64,000 nt of DNA from Tricharina praecox. Its lineage: Eukaryota. Below are positions 48,501 through 64,000 of the stretch, piece after piece. How positions within the stretch are numbered: the first letter of the stretch is position 1; every line of letters begins with the position of its first letter. A model generated the notes under the pieces. It saw only the letters and a program-made list of their open reading frames with translations, searched no databases and was not told the DNA's origin. The stretch lies in NCBI RefSeq assembly GCF_024521635.1, contig NW_026250417.1, positions 62,001 through 126,000 on the forward strand. The letters are read 5' to 3'. The position numbers and the translations under genes are program-made.

Positions 48501-51500
48501 GAAGAATTCGAGTCGAAGAACTGCCGACCGCCTCGTCCATCGACGCGAGCGAATAGTTGCATATGCTCCCCTCCCCTCGCTCCCATCCGACCCGACCGAC
48601 TGACTGACCTCATCATCATGCACGGGACCGAGGCGTCCAGGCACGAGATTCCAATGCGGCCATCCCTCCCAATGGTGCTGATGGCGGAGGTGGAGGTGGA
48701 GGTGGAGGTGGTGGGGTACCTGCATCTGTAATTCCTTCTCCGTGTCGTGTCGTTCCCGATGCTGGTGGCCGGGCGCGAGGGATGTTCCACACTAGCATCC
48801 TACATACCGTACCACTCTTCCGACTTTCCCACATCCTCACTTCCTCATGATCTGAGATGACTTCCTGACTTTGCCTTATCCTGCCTGCGCCTGCGCCTGC
48901 GGTTTTTACGTTTCGGGCTATCCCCGTTATCCGTCAACAGGCCCGATTACTACTAGTAGTACCTCTACTCCTCTGGGTTAGTTACACTCTCCTCTGGCTA
49001 GTGCTTCGTCTCGTCGTCGCGAACAGGCAGGGCAGCACACTACACCACAGCAACAGCACAGCACAGGCGACGAGAAGCTTGCTACTTGCTGCTTGCCGAT
49101 GCGGAGTGGTGGATGCAACTGCATAATTCCGCCGTCCAATTCGTGCGTTCGTGTGAGCTCGAGGTCCGTCCGAAATGGGTAACTAGGTACGTGAGTTGGT
49201 AACTACATGCGTAGGTGGGTGGGAGTATCTAGAGAAGTCAACTAGCGGTTGCATCGAGAGTGGGAAGGAGCCTGGGAGGGACGTGTGTGTGAGTTGGCGG
49301 ATGGGTGGGTCCTGCCGCGGGCGGCGGGGTATGTAGAGTAGGTAACTAGAGCACTTGGGTACTGCTTGTCCTGTCCTGTCGGATCGCCAGCCCGCCCCTG
49401 ACAACTCGGTTGTCGTTTTGACTTGACGGGACGAAGAGATTTCGAGCCGGTGTTTCATCGGTGTGGGAAACTCGGCATATACAGCGCTGCACGTGTGCGG
49501 GGGAGAGGGTTGCGATTCTTGGGCTTGGGGGACAGCAGTCAAGTCAAGTTAAGTCAAGTCAGTTAACCTGGTGGGGCAGGTGGGGACGGGACGACGAGGA
49601 GGATGGGGAGGGTTTCAAGAGAAACCTTGTGTTCCCTTCTCTTCCCTTCCCCGATGGGGCGAAGCTTTTTTATTACTGTTCTGTTCAGCCCGGCAGACAG
49701 GCAGCTGGCCCCCAGTAGGAGATTATTCCAGAAAAAATGTTTGTTTGCTCAAGGATGCGTTGCTCGGTATCGTATGTGGACTACTACATACCGTAGTTAG
49801 TATTTACACACGCACGCCAGGTCGGGTCGGTGCCGGTCTCGATATCTCCACGTCTCCACCTGCGGATTATTGGAGGCGCGGAAAGTGCCTTGCCTTCCTT
49901 ACCTTGGTCCATGGATGGGGCGTCATCATTATATTACCTACATACAAAACATACATACAGACTGCTGCAGCCACTTTGGAAGCAAACATATCTATGGAAA
50001 TGAAATGAAATGCCGTGCGAGGTCGGCCGGTGTCGGTGTGGCCATCCATCGAGTACGATTACCACCATCTTCGAAATCTCGATATGCTGCTGCTGCTGCT
50101 GCTGCCACTGTCGATGCGGTGCAACCTAATAAGGAAAAGAAAAATGAAATGATGATATGATGATTTGTTTGGTGATTTCCGAATTGGGCTGTTTGTGGAG
50201 AGTCGAGACTGAGTGCTACATGGAACGACGACTCGAGATGGTCTTTATCTGCGGAGCCTGTTCTCACGTGCCGCCATAGGTACATCCATAGATACCGGCC
50301 CACCGTAATCAATTCTCGACCAGATCTCACCATGAAGCCTGTGACGTCGAGTTCCGCCGTCGCTTCCCTACAGAGAATCAGCATTTCCAGCATCACCCCA
50401 AATATGTAGTATGCATACGTACGAGATCCTCAGTATAGTACATACTAGTACGCAGACTACCTATAGTACTCGAGTAGAGAGGCTCGATTAAACGTCGAAA
50501 GCTGTTGTCAACCAGCCCAGCGCCTTGAGCCGAGCCGATACCCTAAGCCCAAGTACCGTGGGGGAAAGGCCCATGAGTCCAGGACTTTGCTGGAACAGTC
50601 GTTGGTGAAGGACTCAGGAGTCAGTCCTCAGTCGGGACTCAGTCACTCAGGACTCAGGAGGTGGAGGTGGATCCAAGTTCTAACCAACACGGCAGGAGCG
50701 AATGGGGTCCTGTGTGTACCGGTACATATGAAGTAGATACTAGATACGTATGTACTCACTCCCGAGGCTTCGGAAATCTGGGGACATCGGTACCTAGGTC
50801 CTAGGTGAGTACCTAACCATCTGCGGCGACGACGACGGCGGCGGCGGCAGGTGGATCCGGAAATTCGGAGTTTAAAGTTCAAAGATCGTGGTGTCGACGG
50901 TATGCATAGGAGTTATTGCGTATATACATTGGTAGGTTCATACCTTGTATAGTTTGCTGATCACGACTGCCACGTTCGCCAGCCAGCTTGTGTCGATGAA
51001 CTACCTACTACTGGGTGGTGGTAGTAGGTATGTAGACGTTGAAGGAACCGTGCCAATGTCGTTGGGACTCGGGGTGGGGAATCACGTCCCAGAGAAAGTC
51101 GAATGGGAATATGTATAGGTACTACCCCAGGTACATATGTCGAGATTTGGTCGTGGCGTTGTCGCTTCCTCCCGGTTGTCGAGCCTGTGCTACTACATAG
51201 AGACATATCTACTATTACAAACTATACTCTCACGGGGTGTTCACTGATTGATCCATCATTCAGCCCGCTCGCTCCGGAACCCAGAACCCAAAACCCAGAA
51301 CCCAGAATCCAGAATCCAACTCATGATGATGTCGCATAAAGGAGGCATTTGCCGTCGGAAAAAAAGAAAACTAAATAGAAAAAGAAAAGAAAAAAGTGAA
51401 GTTGCAAGTTGCAACACCACCACCCCACACCTCACAGCATCACATCACAATGCACATCGTCATCGCAATCTAAGCGCGCGATAAATATACATGCACAAAT

Positions 51501-53192
51501 AAACACAAATAAATATTCGAAAGGGCACTGAATCTGCCATCTACCTAGGTAGAGTGCATACTGGATTTGTAGATTGTGAGTTGTGGATTGTGGATTTGCG
51601 GATTGTTTATGCGGATTACGGTATCTGGGGGCATGCTCCACCTACCTACATGGAGTACTATACCTACCGTACCGCGCATGCAAGGTCCTTGCTTGTAGAA
51701 TGGGTATATATGTTGCTTCCAGAAAATAGCATCGGGACTCGATTGATTCCATTGATTCTATGTACTAGCAATTTCTTGCGTTCCCTGGCTCGCTATATAC
51801 AGGTATCGACAGCCGGACGAATAGGTAAACCCATGAGGGTGCACAGCATGAACAATTGGGCATGATATGTAGAGTACAATACATGAGTGAGTGGTTATCC
51901 TTCATGGGCAGCAGTCTTGGCCGACATGTGGTTATTTTTTATAGATGCATGTTTTTGCTCTCGTGATGTTCGTCTATTGATGGAGTGAGGGGGAGAGTGG
52001 GAGTTGCATAGGTATATGGTACGGTACCCGCCCAGACTTGGATGCATACCCCGCGCCTTGGATAGAACGGTGATCACCCGGAGAAACAAACTGCTCATGA
52101 TGCCTTAACCTTGGTGTCCGTCATCTATATCTGCCTATCTGAGCCGCCGCCGTGATTGCCAATTGGTGGTGGTACATACCTAGTGGCGGTAGTGGTGGCT
52201 GTGATGGGCTGAAGATCAGAGGAGGAGAACGAAATATTCTCCGCCGGCGGAACACCAATAGAGTTACAATCACAGTGATTGATGCTCGTCGTGGGCGCTT
52301 GATGGACGTATGGGCTGGGCTTATCGGGCTGCTGCGTGCAAAAAAAAGCTGACAGACGAATCAGAGAATTTCAGCTTCCTACCAACCAACATAATATGGA
52401 TTACCTACATAGGCATGGGCGGAAACCTCATGATCACCATCACCACCACCATCACTACCACCATCATCATCACAAAAGAAAGAAAAGTGAAACTTTGCAA
52501 CAAACCCTCCCTCCTCTGCCGCTCCTCCGCCGCCGCCGTCGGGGCAATCCTCTTGGAGGGGGCCAGTCATGCTGGTTGTGTCGATTTGTGAGCGATAGTT
52601 GGCTAGGCGAGATAGATAGGGCCGTGGTGATTCGTGATTGTGGTGGGTTTAGGTATTTGCTTTTGTTTCTGTTGTTTTTGTTTTTGTTTCCTTCGGCCTA
52701 TCATCCATCATCTATGGGATTGTTGGGATAGTATCTATAGATAACTCTACTCTACCTATCGCCTCGGCGAAACAGAAGATGGCGATGCATATTATGGGTT
52801 CCCCACGCTTCGATAGGTGAAGAAGCCCATGGTGGATATGAGATGAGATGAGGTCTACGGTCTTCCCCCACCAACCAGCCCACCACTACCCCCCCCCCCC
52901 CGCCGCCGCCGGACGGAGAAGCATCACGAGTGTTCGCTGCGGGGCGCGATAGGGCCAAGTTCAAACCTATTGCCCCTCCCCCTTCCCCCCTCCCCCGCCT
53001 ATCATCACTTGGTCGAGACTCGAGTCGCACTATCCATCTATCCAATCCATCCATCCATCCAATCCATCCATCCATCCATCAAAGATGATCGTGCATGCCA
53101 TTCCATTCGGTGTTGTACTCTAGAGTACTCGAGCTATGTAACAATGGTACCTGTAGACGTATGTAAAATCTTGAAAACCTGATCCCGCAGTG

Positions 53193-53308
53193 GCAGGCAA
53201 GCAGGCAAGCAGGCAAGCAGGCAAGCAGGCAAGCAGGCAAGCAGGCAAGCAGGCAAGCAGGCAAGCAGGCAAGCAGGCAAGCAGGCAAGCAGGCAAGCAG
53301 GCAAGCAG
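53193..53308. repeat. (GCAGGCAA)14 tandem repeat
   Basis: Direct reading; perfect 8-bp units. Confidence 0.97.
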
Positions 53309-53412
53309 CCAGACACGGCAGAAAAAAAAGTAGAAAAAGAAAAAATCCTTCTTCAGCTTGTTGACCCGACCCTGCGTTGCATTGCATGTTTTGGGTTTTG
53401 AACGAGAAGAAC

Positions 53413-53489
53413 AAGAAGAAGAAAGAAGAAAGAAGAAAAGAAGAAGAAAGAAGAAAGAAGAAAGAAGAAAGAAGAAAGAAGAAAGAAGA
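53413..53489. repeat. Homopurine (GAAGAAA)n tract
   Basis: About 77 nt of A/G only. Confidence 0.9.
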
Positions 53490-56144
53490 TCCCACCCCAC
53501 GAGCATGAGCAAAATACTTTGGCCACAACCGGTAGATGATCGTCAGGAACGTGCCGCGATGTGCCAAGTTGGTGGAAGGGGAGCTTGTGGGGCCGGGTCA
53601 AGTTTCGACCATGATGCGCAACTATGTGCTCTGTATAGATGCATATGGTGGCTCTTCAGTGCTGCTGCTGCTGCTGCTGCTGTTCATGTTATGTTGGAGT
53701 TGGAGTTTCTACACACTTGCGACAGGAAACATCCTTTTCTTTTTTCTTTCTTTCTCTCTTTCTTTTCTTTTTCCATTCGCAAGCCCGGCCGATTGATTCT
53801 TTTCTGCCAGGACCCAGGGTACTCTACTCTACTCAACTTAACCACTTCACGATACCTGCCCAGCTTCCGTTTTTCTGGGCATCGATAAAGGCCTGCCTAC
53901 CCATCCAGTTATCCAGCGAATCGCAACGGGACAGACAGCTTTGGTCAGCTTTAGACAGCTTTGGATAGCTTTTTTGGACGGCTTTTTGGATTTTTGGTAA
54001 ATTAGCTGTCTCAGACGCCCAGTGCTCACTACTCAGTTGCTCAGTTGCTCACTGCTTCCAGTTCGTGCGTCTATCTTTTGCCATAGCATAGGTACGATCG
54101 ATGATTGGACTGAGCGTGTGTACCATACACACGACGCGTCAAGAAAATATCGTCGGTTCTGTTCTACCGTGTTCTGATTTATCCTCACCGATATCCGGAT
54201 GCTGATTTTATCGGTCAATAATAGTGTTGCAACTCCAATTGGGAGGATTTTCTCACGCGAGCTCCTCCCACGCAGGAAAACCCTCGCAGGCGCGCGGCCC
54301 TCTTGCGTGTGCGTGTATCCTGTGTGCCCGTCCGGATAAGCTCGACCCGCAGTGCAGTTGCAGTGTAGTAAAAAAAACCTGCTTGGTTGCTTGGGTGGAC
54401 TGGACGGCTCGTTGGAAAAAAAAAGTGCAGACACGGAACGAAAGCCTCAGTTGTTATTTTTTCTTTTTCTCGACTTTTCTTCACGATCGGGGGAGATCGA
54501 TGGCCCAAGCGCCAGGCGGGCGGCGAAAAGGACACATACGGTACTCTACATACGGTACATACGGTAAAGAGGTACTCCACATACGGTACATACGGTAGGT
54601 ATGGGGGGTACATAACAGAAACAGCAGGACAGCAAGAGCAGGATAACAGCGCGAGGGCAGCAGGACGAAAGGCGGCCGGCCGGACAAGGCGTCGTCGGTG
54701 GGGGAGGTGGCTCTTAGCTCTACATAGCTAGTGAGTTACATAGCTGATGGGACCGAGTACTCTACGTAAGAGGTTAAGCCGAGAGTCCCGAATCCGAGGA
54801 ACTCTCCTTCACATCTCCGGGACATTTTTTTCCCTTGGTGTTGGGTGCAATTCGCTATCTCTGGGGATTGAGGAAGGGAAGGGAAGAAACGTTTCCACAG
54901 GTCTGGTGCCTACATACACGACTACTCCGGAGTAGGCATAGATGCTCTGGCACGCAGTCCACTCTGCTGTTTCGTTCGAAGGCCGCTGCTACGCCCGATT
55001 TAGGCATCGCTTACTCTCCGGTTCCTGCGCAAGCTCGGTCTTGGGAGAACTTAGCGCCTTGACCTCGTCTGGCAATCCAACCCAACCCATCAGAAGAAGA
55101 AGTCTTTTCTTCGCATCTTTCTTTTGTTTTTCCTGTTTTTCCTTTCGCTTTGGTCGTGCAGCCACATGATGGAGGGGTGGGTGGGTGGAAAAGGGCCAGA
55201 GCCAGAGCCAGACAGAGCCGGAGCCCGCAGCTCTGACCTCTTTTCGTGCTCTCTGCTCAGAGATGCGCTGTCAACCAACCAACCAGCGGCTTTTGGCTGG
55301 CGTCTCTGCAGGCTGAATGGGGCATCCGCGTTGCCGCTTCCGTCCCACGGCTCCGGCAAATCGTTCGGTCACCGCTGATGCCACCAGAAAGCTAGGACAG
55401 CTGGGGATGCAAGTCGCACAACCCCACGAAAGTGGTCTTCATCTGCTGCCATATTGAGCTTGGCCTGCTAACTGACTAACGGAGCATGGGTGGGACCCCT
55501 GCTCCCCAATAAGTCCTCGATGTTGCCTGTTCGGGTCTAAGCCGAAAGCCGACATGGACCAGCCGAAGAAGACGAAGCGGAGGTGTGCGGTGATGGTGGT
55601 GGTGAGTGGTGGGTGGTGATGGTGATGGTGGTACCGGTAGTAGTGGCCATGGTGGTAACTACTCCAACATGGCCTGCTGCGGTGGGTTGGTTGCAACGAT
55701 GGCCGTTGCGCTTTCCGGCGCCGACTGCCCCAAGGCCACAGCAATAACAACAACAGGAAAAGGCCAACCACCAAACAGAAGCCGTCTTTGGCCTCCGACT
55801 AAAAGTAGGCGGTGCGGTGCGGTGCACAACACTAACCGATCGCAAATGCATGGGCGGCAAAGCCAGGTCCACGGCGATAGTGATCGAGCGACAGAGAGAG
55901 AGGCAGCGACGGAAAGTCCCTTCTACGGAGTGGCGAAGTTCAGGGTTCATGTCCGGTCAGCGTCATTGTTGTTGTTGCCCGGGAGCACCGGGTCATCTAG
56001 GGCAGTCAATCAGTCGGTCAGTCGGTCAAGCGGTCGGTCGAGCGTACCGAGAGCCACCAACATGATCATCGCACCTCAAAGTGTCGCGGGCGGGTTTTGG
56101 ACCGCACTGGATAACGGAGAAAAGTGGTCTGGAATGATCTCACT

Positions 56145-56189
56145 CCACCACCACCACCACCACCACCACCACCACCACCACCACCACCA
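56145..56189. repeat. (CAC)~14 microsatellite
   Basis: Direct reading. Confidence 0.95.
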
Positions 56190-58020
56190 TCAGAGGCGGT
56201 TTCCTTGATGCGGGACGGGCGAAGGCGGGTAGGAGCTGGAGGCATCATCTGTTTCGTCTAGCTCAGGTAACCCGCGGGGTGTCTACTCTATCGGTGCTCC
56301 CCAGCATGTTTACCGTGGTGCCCTTCTTCCCACTACTACTACCAGCACCACCCCCGGTCCCCCGGTCACTCCGCTCATGGGTCCGACTGGGGGGGAGGGG
56401 GCGGCGGTGCTATTGGGCAGTTGTCCTTAGCGGGAGACACGGAAGCTTTCATTCGGTAGCAACAAGTTTACTGGTGGAGATCTCCTTCCAACTGCTTGCT
56501 GGCGGTGGTGGTGGTGGTGGTGGCGGAGGGGAGAGCTCGAGGTGCTAGGCAGAGCTACCTACCCCCCCAGCACAGCAGTTGGCGATTCGGGTCGTAAATC
56601 ACACATGCTGCGGGCGGCTGGCGGCGGGCAAAAGATGAGGCAACGTCCAGCAGCAGCAGCGTTTCGCGATCGTGTGGTGTCCTCGAGCGTGCATCAGCAG
56701 CAGCAGCGGCGGCGTCTCGCGATTCTGCGGTGTCCTCGAGTGTGCATGCTCGACCTGAACATGACGACGCTTGATGTCCTCATCAGCCGCAGGTCTCGAT
56801 CGGCAAAGCCTCTTCTTGCGGCGGCAGAACATGGCGATTGGTTGGCGGGTTCCGACCGCCTCCGTCCGGCCCTTTGGCCCCGTACCATCTCCATGGCCCT
56901 CGGCGTTCTGGCTGCTCGCGAGTCTCTGCACGAAGCGGTCATTATTATTATTTTCTTCTCAGTTGGGGTGGGGAGGGCGATACCGACCGGCAATTGGCTG
57001 GTGAGGGAAAATGCACACATAGCTCACAGCACATAGCACGAGCATCCACACCCCATCCACACACACGCCCTCACGCTCACGCACACACACTCCCTCACAC
57101 TCTCATACACTCACACACACACACCCTCTCGCACACTGCCCGTTCGGACCGCAGAAAGCTGTGCCCTGTCGTGTGCAGGCGTTCGGTTCCCACAACAACA
57201 ATAATAATAATAATAATCTCCTAGCCAAGTCGGGGCCACACACCCACACACACCCCCCCAAGGGTCCACCCACCCTCCAACCCAACTCAACCCAACCCCA
57301 ACCCACCCACCCCATCATGCCCCCTCCACCCCAGCCGGAAAATAGTATTAGATATTCGGGCGGTTTCCTGATGTGCCGCTCTGCTTCCTGGCTTCTCTTC
57401 TTTACCCTCGTCCTCGCCGCCGCCGTCAGCTCTTTGACCCCTTCGTCGTCGTCGTGGTTTTCTTGTCCGTCCTTCTCTAGCTAACTAACCCTCTTTACCT
57501 TCCTTTGGATCCCTCTTTCGTACATGCCGTGCTAGCAGTCTCCCGACTCCCCCATACCTTCTTTTGGTTTCTTGTTTGAATTCGGATTCATTGCGCTTCA
57601 TTGCCCAAATACCACATACATACCCGCTGCTCACCTCGGACTCGGTCGTCGGAAATCCTTCCATCCCTTTGCCTTTTGGACATCACCCACTGGAACTCGT
57701 TCCTTGAATTCTCTCTTTACTCAAAACTTCAAGGGTCTCGCCTTTTGCCAACTTCAACCTGAGCCTGCGTCTGTCGAATCTCTACTTATCACAACACCAT
57801 CGGAAGACTATCAACAACTGCATCGCAACGTACGCATACACTCGTTAATCAAGATCCTTCGGAATCTCGACCGCAAAGAGAAACATCAGTGCAACATTAT
57901 AGCCACCTATTAGTACCCAAGAACGACAATTACCTTACTTTAATCGTGATCAATCGACCGTACATCTCTACCGTACCACCTTCACCTACCTCACAATACA
58001 TCCTAATTCACACACTCGCA

Positions 58021-59728
<1,708 letters not shown>

Positions 59729-60741
59729 TGACGGACGCGAGGACCTTTTGTTGTGGGATTGTTTCTTCTAGCTTCTAGGGATTGGCTTTTTCTGGTTTTT
59801 GTTATTTGTTTTTACCGGCGCTGTTAGTGTGTCATTTTTTTAGGTGTTCTGTTTTGGTCATGTGCAATTGGCCTTTTCTAGGCCGTGCTATCAAATGCTT
59901 GTGTCATGCTGGTGTGGTTCTTGCACGGTTTTAGATACCGGGTGTTGGGTGGGGGATGGGCTGGCGGCGGGGCGGGGAGGGTTTTTTATATAAAGTATCT
60001 TTGTTTTATTATCTGGTTGTGATGTCTTCCTTTCTATTTGTTGTTTTTTTTATCGGCGATTCATTGGGACGGACTTCTGGAACGACTTGTTGTGGCCCAC
60101 GGGGTTTGGAGGTGGTGGAGGAGGAAAAACTTTCGCGCACAACAATTAATGCGGCGCAACTTTTGGGGATGAACTATTGGGCGATGTGGATGTGGATGTG
60201 GATTTGGGTGGAGGAGGAATGAATGCATTTACTTGGATATGGGCCTTTTTCTTTTCGGAATGGACGTGGGACGTGGGTTGGGATGGGAGTTGGGTGGGTG
60301 GGAAGGCAAAGACTGGATTGTTTGCAAAAAGAGAGGAGGGTGGTTTCTTTCTTTCTTTTCTTTTTTTTCTTCTTTTCGAATGCCGTATTTTTTTTTGTTA
60401 CCCACCTTTTTGTTTCTTTCTTCTTTCTTCTTCGATGTTTTTACTTTTACTTTTACTTCTACTTCTACTTGGACGCGCTTACGAGGATATACCAATACGA
60501 TACGAATATCATCATTCTACAAAAAACTGTCTTAATTGGAACTGTGCTTTTCTATACTCTGGAGTCGTGTTGATCGGGTGACATTGTTCGGATGGTTCGT
60601 TTAACTATTGAGATGGACAGATGGACAGATGGACTGAGATGTGGACGGACGGGCAGCAGTGAGCAGTGAGCAGAGAGTGCGCGCGCGGCCTCCGCATGTG
60701 TGTGTACAGTGTGTACTCTACAGTGTGTCGTGTGCATGGCA

Positions 60742-60840
60742 ACTTCATCTACTTCATCTACTTCATCTACTTCATCTACTTCATCTACTTCATCTACTTC
60801 ATCTACTTCATCTACTTCATCTACTTCATCTACTTCATCT
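60742..60840. repeat. (ACTTCATCT)11 tandem repeat
   Basis: Direct reading; perfect 9-bp units. Confidence 0.97.
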
Positions 60841-62435
60841 ACATACATGGAGTACTATATCCTTCACAGTTGATACACACGACCCTCAGGGCTTGCTTTT
60901 GCGGTCCTTTTCATTTTCATTTTCATTTTCATTTTTGTTCTTTTTGCCAGTTGCTAGTTGCCAGGAATAGGGCTGGATTAAGACAGGACAGGACAGGACA
61001 GGATAGGCCGTGGGGCGGGGGGTTTGTTTTGGATATTTCTTTTCGATATTTAGCTTTTGGCGGGAGTTCTGGCCCCGCTTGAAGCCGCACTCCGCACTCC
61101 GCACTCCGCCCTTCGATCTCCGCTCGAGTCCGCCCTTCACCCTTGGTTCTCCGCCTAGTTGCGGGTTGCTTGTTGCGGGTTAACTACTGGTTGCGGGTCA
61201 CTGGTTGCGGGTCACTGGTTGCGGGATACGGGATGCGGGGATTCTCTTTTCTGCGTTTATATATTTCCTTTGCTTTTATTCGCTCCGATGCGGTTGGATC
61301 TGTCAAGTCTGTGTTTCGATGATTCCTTTCCGTCCACAAGAAAAAGACAATTGTTTAACCTTTGTCCGAAAGGAAAAAAGAAAAAAAGGAAAGAAATAGA
61401 AGAAAAAACCTGCTTCGAGTCCCACTCGCCCGTGATGTTCCTCCGTCCGGGCTCTGCTCTGCTCTGCTCTGCTCTGCTCTGCTCTGCTCTGTGGTGGAGC
61501 GTCGTGCGTGTGTGGTGGCGTGGTGTCGTGGTGTCGTGGTGCCTCAGCTTTCCGCTCTTCCTTCCCTCCTTCTTCGTTCCTTCCTTCCTTCCTTGACGTT
61601 TCGCGTGGAGATGCATTAAGTTTTTTCCTGCCAGACAGCGAGCTGCATCAAGAAAACTTCTCTGCTGCCATGCTGCTTCCGTGGGTGGTGGTGGTGGTGG
61701 TGGGTGGTGACGGCCAAGTTCCTGCATCATCGGCGGTCGAGTTCCTGCAGCAAGGTGGGTGGGCAGGCTATATGCTACATATGCGTACATACACTATGTA
61801 TCCACGTCTCCGCCGCAGTGTTGCAAAGTCACTCACTCACTCACTGGCTGGCTGGCACCGGCAAAGTCACGCACTTCACGCACTGCCGCGAACCTGCTGC
61901 GAACCGAGGAGGGAAGGTGCGTACGATACGATACTACGATACGATAGTTACTGCGATACCTATCCTATCCACTGAGATACACATCGCATCGTATCGTGTA
62001 GCGTCTTTGCAATTGGCGGGTTCTTCCCCACCACCACCCACCACCGCTACCAGGCTCACCTCACCTCATCTAGGTAGAGTAGATACACCGTTTCGCAATG
62101 TATGTAGAGTACCTAGAGCACATATACGCAGGAACGCAGGCACGCAGGCACGCAGGCACGCAGGCACGCAGGCACGCAACTACCGCGCTGGATGGGGTGG
62201 GATGGGATGGGGCGGGATAAGATGGGATGGAGTGGGACGTGATGGGATGGTACGGAATGGTAGAGTATATACGGGATGGGATGGTACGGAATGGTAGAGT
62301 GTATACGGGATGGGGGCCAACCTCTGTTCGCATCTCTCCACGTCCGTCCCCAAGCAGAGCCCTGGTACCGTATCGCCACGGGCTCGACGATAACTATGAT
62401 GCTAGATGATCGGTGCCAGCTCAGCTGTCAAATCG

Positions 62436-62490
<55 letters not shown>
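62436..62490. repeat. (TAC)~18 microsatellite
   Basis: Direct reading. Confidence 0.96.
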
Positions 62491-62649
62491 GGTAGCCAGC
62501 AAGCTTCCCACTTTAGACGCAACGTCGGCGACGCCTTCGAGATACCTGTGTACCTACTCTACATGCCCACTCTAGAGTGCTTACCGTGCCTCTCTTCCTC
62601 TAGAGTATCTACTCTAGCATAGTACAGATATTAAACCTGGGGGCGGCCC

Positions 62650-62651
<2 letters not shown>

Positions 62652-62702
<51 letters not shown>
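62652..62702. repeat. (GA)~25 microsatellite
   Basis: Direct reading. Confidence 0.96.
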
Positions 62703-62704
<2 letters not shown>

Positions 62705-64000
62705 GGCAGTCCCTTCCTTCCCTTGCCTTCCTTCCCTTCCTTCCTTCCGTCCTTCCATCCACCCTCCCCCCACCCATCCCACCCATCCACCCACCCCACC
62801 CCACCGCAAAGCTTGCATCTGGGACCTTAATATCGGAGAGTGGATTCCATAACAACCAGGAAATCAAATATAATCGTTAAATACCCATGTGCATTGCATG
62901 CATCGAGCCCTGTCCTCTCACTGCTCACCCATGGCGGCAGTGAGCGTTTCGCATCCGTCCAACGAGGGAAATAAAAACCCTACAAGAAAGAAAGAAAGAA
63001 AACAGGACTGGAAGGGAAAAAAGAGAGGGAAAAAAAGATTCCCCATAGATATGCCAGTGACAGTGCCAATGCCAATGCGATGATGTGATAAGTCAGTCCG
63101 GAAGGGACGGACGGACTGGGACTCGGCCACTGCGCATCTACGGTACATATCGACTCAACTCTGGTTATCGATGATGTCTCGGAGCTTCTCTTTCCCTCGC
63201 TACTAGCTAGCACCTACACATCAGAGCTGTGCATAACCACTTTCTGGAGCTCGAGAGCAAACATCCCCCACCCTTCCCATCGTGAGCCAGCTCTCTAGAG
63301 TCTACAAGCACTAGGACTCTATGTACGGTAGATACGACGCCCGCCCGGCGCCCGATGACCTGGGTTGGGTTCAAGTTCGGAGCTGGGGGTGGGAGTGGGA
63401 GCTGGGGGTGGGTGGGAGACCTCAAGGCTCAGACGCCATTTTAGCCCCGCCACTCTACTACTAGTATACTCTAGGCTGGATACGTATGGTCTGACCCGAG
63501 CATGCGACTCTCGGGCCCTTCGCCTTCGTCTTCGCCTTTGCCTTCCCCCCCACCCACCCAGCACAGCAGGTCGAGATCGATCAAATTCAGCAAGCCAGCA
63601 AGCCAGCTCGTCTACCTAGCTAGCTAGCTAGCTAAGCCCAGTAGGTAAGTGCTCTAGAGTAATCAAGATTCAAGCCCTCGACTCTCGACTCTCGACTCTC
63701 GAGCTCGAGCTCGAGCTCGGGCCCGCCCGCGGGGATAACTATCATAACTATCATTTTGTATGTGCCCAGGAATAATACGCCGGTCCAAGCCGTGGCGGTG
63801 GCGGTGAGGAAAGTAGGTACCAAGGTAAGTACTCTAGGTAGGCATCATCGCCGGCGTGCGCAGAGTAATCCCGTCATGTTTAGGGATGTTTGGGGCGCCC
63901 CGCCGCCGCCGCAATTTGCCTCCCGGATCGGATGGATATGTAGAGTAGAGTACTCTACCGCCGCGTAGGTGGGTGGGTGGGCCGGGTACTCTACTCTACT

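Overview
Eukaryotic window from a filamentous ascomycete (short GT-AG introns with CTRAC branch sites, an intron-containing tRNA, fungal gene families; possibly Pezizomycetes, which is an inference). It has two very different halves. Bases 1-24.4 kb are gene-dense: a decayed repeat block, a 3-exon hypothetical gene, tRNA-Asp(GTC), an AA9 LPMO, MND1, an F-box protein, SHR3, a 1471-aa secreted Cys-rich polyprotein, an SDR, and a membrane-anchored aspartic-protease homologue with a broken active site. Bases 24.4-64 kb are a ~40 kb microsatellite-rich tract with no transposon I can recognise. It holds only two divergent, probably regulatory genes, a 192-aa S/T-P-rich protein with a C-terminal NLS and a Seb1/Msn2-type C2H2 factor, separated by 26.2 kb of shared upstream DNA. 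Best novelty candidate: the intronless 1471-aa precursor with 11 dibasic (Kex2-type) sites separating heterogeneous Cys-rich, Asn/Gln-rich and VQPV-repeat modules. Second candidate: the very large divergent regulatory domain with a recurring TACTCTA/TAGAGTA palindromic motif. All calls were made by eye, with no database searches.
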